Positions 55,801-64,000 of a stretch of 64,000 nt of DNA are shown here, piece by piece; the stretch's first letter is position 1, and each line of letters starts with the position of its first letter. Made by a program: the position numbers and the translations under genes. The notes under the pieces were generated by a model that made no database searches, had not been told where the DNA came from, and worked only from the letters and a program-made list of their open reading frames with translations. Origin of the DNA: Octopus bimaculoides (lineage: Eukaryota); NCBI RefSeq assembly GCF_001194135.2, contig NC_068983.1, positions 157,420,720 to 157,484,719 of the forward strand, read 5' to 3'.

Positions 55801-58800
55801 CAAAATAATTCTTATTTAAGCTATATACTTGTATTGAATCTCTCCTGATAAAGAGCAAACAATATTTATGGTGTGTCAGTGATGTGAACTTATGGATGAA
55901 TTTGATGTACAGCCAAACTAATTTAACTGAATTCTCTATGAATCAGAGGTTTAGTATGCAGCTATATCAACAGGCACACCAAATCGCAAATAGTTCTTAT
56001 AGTGGCCATTACAACAACCAGCACAGCTCAATGGTGACACATGTAACTCACATACTATGAAATAGTGGTCACAGACAGCCATCACATATTGATTAAAACA
56101 GTTTTTATCAATTTATTTAGCATATTTTAGGTTGATTTTCATATTTTCTAAGGGTCATAGTTTACTGAAAGGGTTCATAAAATATTGAGATAAATTAAGA
56201 ATCAAAATTTTGAAGAAATAAATTCTGTTAAAATTTCAAAAGGAAAACTTTACCTCTTTAACATTAGGAGGTCCTCCAATTTCTCCAGCATGTGCTGTAC
56301 GATGAATTCCTAGCTTATGGGCTTCCTTGAATAAAAAGTAAATAATAAGATTTTCATATATTGCACCATATCTACAAATGAAGTGCTTTTGTTTCATAAG
56401 TATTTTATATTGCAGATTATGTTATTTTAATGAAATGAAACTGTGCATAGGTAAATAAAATGATACCCTTTAACTTATCTTAAATGAAATAGACATTCTC
56501 AATGCACAGTTGTCAGCATTAAAATAAATCAACTTGTTTATTCAAAGCTTGTTAATTTTGTCAGCCTGGAGAAAATCAAATTTTCTGTCTCAATCCTGAA
56601 CTATGCATAAAATCTCAGTAAGAAATTACAGATTTTGTGAGTTATAGCAGCCTTCTAGAAAGAGGATAAGTTCATGTGCTTTGAAGAGATGTGAGGGAAT
56701 TATGTTTTAGATAAGATCATCATATAAAGAAAAAAATGCAAAAAACGGATCAAGTATCAACTATTAATCCTATTTTCAATAGGATTAATAGACATATATG
56801 CATGTCTACGAATGACAATAGACAAATTTAATCCAGGATGAAAATATAAATAATGAATATGAGAAATTATTACAAACCTTGAATACTTCTTTAATTTCAG
56901 GTGGAGTGGGGAAGAACTCTGCTCCAGCCACATCTATTCCAACAACACCATCATTTCTGAACTCATTACACAGTTGAAGTACGTCTTTAGCAATTTCTAC
57001 AAATAGTCCCATAGATAGATGTATGAGTGTGTGTTCTTTGTATGTATGTGTATATATGTGGATGTTTATGTATACACAAACAGACACTTTATTAATAGGA
57101 TTGTTTTGAAACATTTCCTTACAAAGCTCTCTCAATAAAATCTCACTTCTTTTGCAGTTCTTCAACAGGGCACATTCAAAGCCAGTTTTGAACTTCCTTA
57201 TGATTTCCTCAAAGATAAATGTGACATAAATAAATGATTAAATAAAAAACCCGAAGAACATTAGTAAATTCTGTCCCAGGGTCTCTTTCAAAATATTCTT
57301 TCAATTCTCTGGTGAAGTTCTGGCTTTGAGTATGTCACACTGTTAGACTCCATTTACTCAACCAAATTACACATATCAGTTTGAATATAGTTATGAAGCA
57401 GGCTTGATTTGCAAAACTAATGCAAAAAACACCTGCTGACTTGTAACTTATAAACGAATATACTAAACAAAGAAATATACCTTCATTCAAAGGACAGTAT
57501 ACAATGTGGCTAGATTGGTAGCTTACAATCATAGACTATACAATCAAAGAGCTATTATTGCTCTGTCCTACCAGTAAAGCTTTCATGTGCAAAAGAAACA
57601 TTCCTATCGCTAGCTGGAACTCAGAGGAAAACAAGGAGCAAAGTAGAAGTGAGAAATTGAGAGACAAACTACTACATGGGTCATGATTTCCAAAAAACCC
57701 TAGAAAATATTCTAATCAATTAAACCAACATATTTCAGATTAAAGCAGTAACAGTAAGCATCAAATTGTCAATTAAACCACAAGCTTGATATGACCGTCA
57801 ATTTACTTTATGTCAGTGTAAACTCTACCTATAATTAAATTGCCTAATTATTTTTTAGCATTAAAACCTAACCTAACTTAAATATCCAATGAAATTATTA
57901 GTAAACTCAAACAGTAAATCCTTTCTATTACTTATTTTGCCAAATCTTACAACCTGTACTGCAAACATGCAATATTCACAAATTCAAAACTTGCTAGTCT
58001 TCATGTATACATAACTCTACAAACCTTAACTGAAACATTCATATAATCTTATTTGCATCCCTACTACTTCTGCTAGCCTCCAAATCCTTCTGGTAAATTT
58101 TATATATTAAACATTAAAAAACCTATTATCTGAACTGAAAATACCATCTATGTATCTACAAATGCCACTAAGCTGCCTAAGTAAACATAACTTTTTCCCT
58201 TTTTCATAAATCACTAAAGAAACTGAATTCATAAGACGTTAAGCATAAGTCAGTCAATAAAGAATTTCAATTGCTCCTATCACCTAAGAGTACTTCTAAT
58301 TTGCCTAAACACTTTACTCTCAAACGAAATGTATACATTAGCTCATTGTAGTTTATATCAGACATAAAGCCCTCTTTATTTTTAATTAATATATTTAACT
58401 TTTTAGCATTTAAACTGGCCATATCCAGCCTAAATATTTTACCTGCTTTATCTTGATGACCAAATGTGGCCTCTTACACCTGCCCTACAATGTCATTCTA
58501 AAAATAAGCAATCACATCATCGAAATCTTGAAGCTACAAGATAATACATGATTAATATAAAACAATGTGAATAAATAAACAACATTTGACAAAGTAATCA
58601 GAATGCTAAAGGATTAATTATGTACACATGCCATACACTAGATCTATTAGATGGTAACTCCATACACTCGATATATTCAAATATTCCCTGCCTCAACCAG
58701 TTTTGAATCTCAATCAGTATATTATCAACTCCATTTAATGTCCGATCGCCATGCTGGCATGGGTTGGACAGTTGGACATGGAGCTGGCTGGCAGGGAACA

Positions 58801-61800
58801 GACCAGACTCCAACTGTCTGTGGCAGCATAGTTTCCATGGTTGGATGCCTTTCCTAATGCCAAGAATACAGTATAGAAAATCATTGGGTGAATTATCCTC
58901 ATACGCCTATTTTTTTTTTTTAAAATTCCATACTAGATTTAATACTCTTCAATAAACTAACTCTGGAACTTTGGCAAATGGCTCAAGGATATCTAACAAA
59001 AACTGCTCTAACCACACTTAACATTTCATTAACTAAAAATCACTATTTGTCTCTTTATATTTTACTTTGCTCCAGATATTATAAATCTAGTTTCAAAAGT
59101 TGTCTTGCATAACTTAGGCTTCCAAAAGTGTGTAAGAATGCAATAATTCTTCCCCACAGTGACCAGTTAAAATTTCAGAATCACACAATGATTTAGCAAT
59201 TTTAAGTTTTAATCTCATCTACACAACAAATTCATAAGTAACATTATACAAAATACATAACGTGTGTGTGCATGATGGGTGCAGGAATTGCTGAATAGTT
59301 AAGAAGTTCACTTGGGCAAGTGTCTTATACTTGAGCTAAAGAAAGCTTTGTAAGGCAGAAACTGAAACAAAGTAACCAGTCATGCTTGTGTGTGTCAATA
59401 TGTCTTCTTGTAATGAGATATTGCATGATAGTTGTAAATGAGCATCACTGTCAAACAAGTGGTGCATTTGGTTTCAATCTTCTATTGAAACTTGTCTGGT
59501 CACAGGGAAATATTACCTTACTTGGAAACAGGCGCGAGTTGGCAAATCAACTGTAGAAAATTTGCCTCAACAAATTCTGTCAAGCATAGAAAAGTGCACA
59601 ATAAAATATGTCAGGTTGGTTGGACAAGTTAAACCCTAACTATTAAACTGTCAAATGTTTATATCATTGAGTGTCCCATTGTAAAGCTTATTCTGGAAGC
59701 ACTATGGAAGCACTATTCATAATGTAACAAGTAGTGAATTTCATAAAATGAAAGAAGCATTCAACACATTTGATAGGAGTTTCATCATCATCATCATCAT
59801 CATCGTTTAACGTCCGCTTTCCATGCTAGCATGGGTTGGACGATTTGACTGAGGACTGGTGAAACTGGATGGCAACACCAGGCTCCAATCTAAATTTGGC
59901 AGAGTTTCTACAGCTGGATGCCCTTCCTAACGCCAACCACTCAGTATTTATTAATAACAGTCTTGATTCAGCTTCATGCAACCTAAAGTCTCGTAGGCTC
60001 ATCATCCAAACTCCAAAAAAGAAATTTGTAAATTGTACTTACCAGGGAGGTTTCTCATACAACACAAGATAACCTTAATTATTATATTATGTTCTGCGCA
60101 GCTTGTTTTTAATGCATCTAAAACAATTTTCACAATCTCTCTTGCAGCTAAGTTTTCATCTGCAAGAATATGAGGGGCAAACCGTACTTCTGCATAGTAA
60201 ATATTTTGTTTAGCACTATCTTCACAAAAATCTTTTGCTATTTGTGCAATAGATTGTTTGTCACCTCTGCAAAAGAAATAAAAAAAAAAAGACATTACGA
60301 TAAAGCTTATTGAGAGTTCTATAGCAAATCTTTATCGCACTTTGTTTCTGTTAACTGTTTCATGATGTTTCACAATTATTTTTCAATGAAAAATATAATA
60401 AATCCACTGGTGCCATATCACTTTTTCATAAACATGGTACTCAAGTTAAAACAATCAGTCCAAAACTATTTAATAAATTATACCAAGAAATATGTTCTTA
60501 CTTTATAATTGGCAGGAAATAATTAAATATATCCAACATGGCTCCTAAACCTTCATTTTTACTCTCTGTAACCTTCTCTCTTAGCTCTTCTACTGTCTTC
60601 TCTTTTAGTTCTATGTTCCTTCGTCTAATGAATAGAAGAAAAATGTTGTAAATAAAAATTTGTAATAATTTACAAAACTGTTTATTTTTGAGATAACATC
60701 ACAAAATTGAAAAAATTAGTTAACAAGATTTTGAAAGTGTATGCTCACACCATTTCTTTCTAGCTTTTACACATCCTTTGTACTCATGCCCATGTCTTAC
60801 ACTTCATATCAAACATCGTACAATCAACAATTTGCTTGAAGAAAAAAATCTTTGTTACCAGCAGAGATGATAGCTCTGAACTGCTTCCACTTCATACAGG
60901 GTAGTCAGGCTAAATTTGACAGTTTGCATGAAGGAAAAGAAAACACAATATCCCATCCAAAAAAAAAAAAAATCAATATCAACAAGATTATGGCTGGGAG
61001 ATAATAGTTTACTCAAAGTAGCCACCCTTAAACTTCCACCATGAACTCCTCAAGACAGTTCTGGAACCTGGCATATGCATTCCTCACAGAGTCCCTGAGA
61101 AGATCTTTGAACACCTCCTTTATCTTGGCCACTAGCTCAGCCTTGGTGTTGCAGGCAGAATAATTGATGTCTTTTACAACCATGCTCTACACATTGTAAT
61201 CCATGGGTGAAGTCATAGAAAATTCTCTGATAACCAATTCTAACTATTTCCAGAGGTATGGTAAGGAGTCAAATCCTGCTGCCACACATATGGCCTTCCA
61301 GTAACAACCCTCTCCAGCCAGAGTTTAACCACAGACTCCAGTAGCTTCACAGCCACCTGAATAGAGCTTAATGCCCTATTTAAATATACGGAGATGAATT
61401 CTGGCATACAGACACTGTCAGAATGTTTCTAGTGTCCCTTCCTGCTGGCCATGGCCTTGTAATCCTTGTTGCAGCTGTTTATGTTATGTTTTACAGCATT
61501 CACAAAGCATTGAGCAGCAGTCATGATGTCAACATAAATGATTTGTTATGTTGGGTAACTCTTTTCCAATATTCAGATGGCTTCTAGTCCTCCATGTCAA
61601 TGTTTTCTCAACTACAACTCTAATTTTTATGCTCTCCAATGCTGTTAACTTTTCAATACATAGGTGTTCCTGAGAAAAGGCGAAATAAGAAAAATGTGAG
61701 GGTTAGAAAAAATTCAGTTTCCTACCATTAACTAAATCCTATGAATATGTCACAAAGTGACTTTTCTCTGTGATCTAATACACTTCTTGCACACTCATAG

Positions 61801-62331
61801 TTTACAAGAGAACACTATATGTGGTTCATATCTCCTCCTCAATATATTAAGTACAGCCATATTCCAAGTGGTAAAAGGGTCCTATCTTCTTTCCAGCTTC
61901 TTAAGACTTTAGTCTTTGCTAAGTTTACTTCAAGGTCTCACAATTCTAGGTTTTGTTGCATATGTAATTTCTTTAAATCTTCCACAAATTTAGCTCTAAA
62001 GACAAGGTCATGGGCAGATAAGAGTTCCTATACACAGCAAGTTTAAACTCCTTGGTTACAGCCCAGAGAACTAAAATAGAAACAGACTGAGAATCAAACC
62101 TTAAGAGATACCTCTCTGCATATTGTATTCCTGATCAAACTCACTGCATAACTTTTACTTTGCTGACAGTGTCTCAGGGTATAGTTTGCACCACCCTGAC
62201 ATTCATCTCTACCTAGGTTTTTGTTTTTAAAAGACCACCTGAATACAGATATCAAAGGACTTCTCCAAATCAGTGGATGATAGGTAGAGAGTTTACTTAG
62301 CTAAAAACTTCTCTTGCAGTTGTCTCACAAG

Positions 62332-62366
<35 letters not shown>

Positions 62367-63791
62367 AAAAAAAAAGCATCAGTGGTACCCTAACCTGGTT
62401 CAAATCTGAACTGCATCTGATTAAAGTTAACTTTTTCTCATCAGTCATTCTAATAAAAAGCTTGTGAATCTTTACAAACAATTTATATTAGAAGTTTATT
62501 ATATGAGGTGGCCTTGCGTAATAGTGAATCACTTTTGCACTTGTTGCAACTAGGTTATCTACTAACTGGTTCGCAGTATAACTTATTTAAAACATTACTT
62601 TTGTTGCTTGAATACTACAACTTAGTACTCATCCTACTTCTATGTATTTTATTTTGAAAAGTTGCACCATATCTTTGACTGCTGAAGCAGATCCCTTTCA
62701 GTTAGTTGCAAGTTTTCAAACCTACCAGAATAGTAGGTAGGTAAGTGGATAGGTAGGTAGATAGTGAGGGGGAGAGAAAGAGAGGGCTGGAAAAGTGGAA
62801 GGATAAAATGGTAACTACGTTAAGATCTTTAACTAGTATATAAGTCAGCTTCAGGAAACTTCCTTATCAAAGTTTTTGATAACAGCTCTAATCTTAGTAA
62901 AGGTTGGTAGTTTATCAAGGTGTTGGATGACTGTACTTCATAAATTTTTTTCCTTGACTTCTGATTTTGACACATTCTTCCAGTGTTCCACTATTGCTGA
63001 TTTGATTGGTCTTTGTTTAAGGATGTACCATCTGCTGATTTGATTTGTGCTATAGAAGAGTTCCTGTGTATTCTATCATAAAAACTGTACAGACAAACCT
63101 CTATGTAAGCATCTGAATTTTGCAAGATTTTGCATTTCAGATTTGAAAAATTGGAATTGTAAAGTCAAGTTTCTTTTAACATTCTTCCCACTCCCAAAGT
63201 TTTGAGAGAGATTTCTTTTTAATATAATGGATGGTAGTTCAAGGTCGTATTATATGCTTTGTGAATATTACTCAGGAGTATGGTGGCTGTGGTGGAGATC
63301 TCATTAAACCAGTTTTTATGCTTTTTCTCTCTCTTGGTTTCAGAATATAATCACACACACACAGAGGTTATCTATAAATTACCTTTACAATTTGAAATAT
63401 AAAAGTGTAGAAGTTGTAAACATAATTTATGGACATCCTATGTATTCCAAGTACATCACATACATAAATACACATGCATTTTTTTTTATATGCAGGTGTG
63501 AGCATATATTTTTCTTTCAATAGTGTTAATGAAATGACAAAATTTACAGAAGCAATTTTGCCAAACCCATTTCATATTTTCAGTATACAAAATGAAACAC
63601 AGAAAAAATATTGGACTTAAATTTTACACTTAATCTAAATTATGTACAAATAATTTTTTTGCTTAAGCCACTGAATGCAGTTATATATGGTTATATTTGT
63701 ATGCAAAAAATAACAAAACTATATCTTACTTGGCTGTTTCAAATAATGTCTCTGGTCGAATTGCTCCATCCAAATGAACATGTAGTTCCAC
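52730..63791 (-). CDS. ADA: Adenosine deaminase (ADA1-like), 8 exons, 5'-partial, 329 aa + stop
   Basis: Spliced minus-strand frame has all ADA motifs: ELHVHLDG (Zn ligands), EVRFAPH, GIDVAG, HAGE (Zn His/catalytic Glu), RVGHG, SLNTDDP, NAARSSFLP. Exons total 990 nt and phases match. Confidence 0.96.
52923..53935 (-). mobile_element. RTE LINE 3' ~1 kb with four 66-bp UTR repeats
   Basis: MKGRLYDACVQTDMLHSSETRVSTAEEMCRLDRNEASMIHWICNVS (ORF 53680..53898); units start at 53089, 53155, 53221, 53287. Confidence 0.9.
54448..54574 (-). CDS. ADA: ADA exon (TDDP motif)
   Basis: FLKDDANFSLNTDDPTVFATSLQNDYAMAQKAGFSKDQIIKT. Confidence 0.96.
54745..54914 (-). CDS. ADA: ADA exon (GHG motif)
   Basis: AVDDMFADRVGHGYHVIEDDHLYKQIRNDNIHLETCLVSSFRTKAFTGEIQNHPVT. 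Confidence 0.96.
56254..56325 (-). CDS. ADA: ADA exon (HAGE catalytic motif)
   Basis: EAHKLGIHRTAHAGEIGGPPNVKE; missed by the ORF track. Confidence 0.96.
56878..56996 (-). CDS. ADA: ADA exon
   Basis: EIAKDVLQLCNEFRNDGVVGIDVAGAEFFPTPPEIKEVFK. Confidence 0.94.
59783..59944 (-). mobile_element. Young RTE-tail copy in an ADA intron
   Basis: (CAT)7 tail; near-identical to 39010-39160. Confidence 0.9.
60043..60266 (-). CDS. ADA: ADA exon
   Basis: GDKQSIAQIAKDFCEDSAKQNIYYAEVRFAPHIL...KVILCCMRNLP; gtaagt donor. Confidence 0.96.
60502..60624 (-). CDS. ADA: ADA exon
   Basis: RRNIELKEKTVEELREKVTESKNEGLGAMLDIFNYFLPII; 123 nt, phase 2/2. Confidence 0.92.
61007..61560 (-). mobile_element. Tc1/mariner superfamily (maT/DD37D-like) transposase C-terminal remnant
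   Basis: YVWQQDLTPYHTSGNS*NWLSENF and CNTKAELVAKIKEVFKDL...RFQNCLE...GGYFE remnants; subfamily assigned from recalled motifs. Confidence 0.65.
61790..62470 (-). mobile_element. RTE LINE reverse-transcriptase core remnant
   Basis: MQFRFEPG*GTTDA, LVRQLQEKFLAK, DLEKSFD, ELLSAHDLV (decayed LLYADDLV), EVNLAKTKVL. Confidence 0.85.
62820..63240 (-). mobile_element. Decayed LINE fragment (RTE/BovB-like linker region)
   Basis: IKSADGTSL...W and LDKLPTFTKIRAVIK remnants. Confidence 0.55.
63730..63791 (-). CDS. ADA: ADA exon (HxH zinc-binding motif)
   Basis: VELHVHLDGAIRPETLFETA; ttgcag acceptor, gtaaga donor; 62 nt. Confidence 0.96.
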
Positions 63792-64000
63792 CTGCAAGTT
63801 ATAAGAATATCACTACCTGTTACTAAATACCTAGAAAAATATTAGTTTGGTCAACCTCTTATTTAGGTCATCTCAAAAATATATCAAAGCAACAATATTA
63901 AAAATGTTTTTATTTCTTCACTCAAGAAGAAAAAGATAAATAACTTATAAAAGCTTAATTTAATTTTTTTGCTAAAGTTCAAAGATGGTTATATATTATG

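Noticed and set aside
62080-62375. Retrocopy ending in a poly(A) tail on the + strand
   Set aside because: The sequence is the antisense of a LINE RT that continues on the other side of the A-run
63817-63830. 14-nt ADA micro-exon (AG...GT flanked)
   Set aside because: It would leave a 25-nt intron, and using its acceptor as an extension hits TAG

Overview
AT-rich, intron-rich animal genomic DNA with 7 N-gaps. The repeat landscape (RTE-LINE 3' ends with (CAT)n/(GAT)n tails, tRNA-derived SINEs) suggests a coleoid cephalopod, probably Octopus; this is inference, not a database result. Two genes point towards each other. (1) + strand 1..32045: the last 33 coding exons of cytoplasmic dynein 1 heavy chain (DYNC1H1). 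All introns are GT-AG and phase-consistent, giving 4125 nt = 1374 aa + stop (stalk/MTBD, AAA5, buttress, AAA6, C-terminal domain). (2) - strand 63791..52730: 8 exons of adenosine deaminase (ADA), 990 nt = 329 aa + stop; the start-codon exon was not found in the window. Introns and the ~20 kb intergenic block are full of decayed and nested mobile elements: RTE LINE fragments, SINEs, two hAT elements with perfect 8-bp TSDs, a full-length dead mariner with perfect 27-bp TIRs, a Tigger/pogo remnant, a maT-like remnant, a Lep1/HINE-like Helitron and a foldback-like inverted satellite. No CRISPR, rRNA or true tRNA gene was seen, and no wholly new multi-gene system can be supported. The best leads are dynein codons one or two A>G changes away from the residue conserved in other animals (notably Lys in the LGGLF motif), i.e. 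candidate restorative A-to-I recoding sites, plus intronic dsRNA structures that could be ADAR substrates. Orthologue residues are recalled from memory and need alignment.
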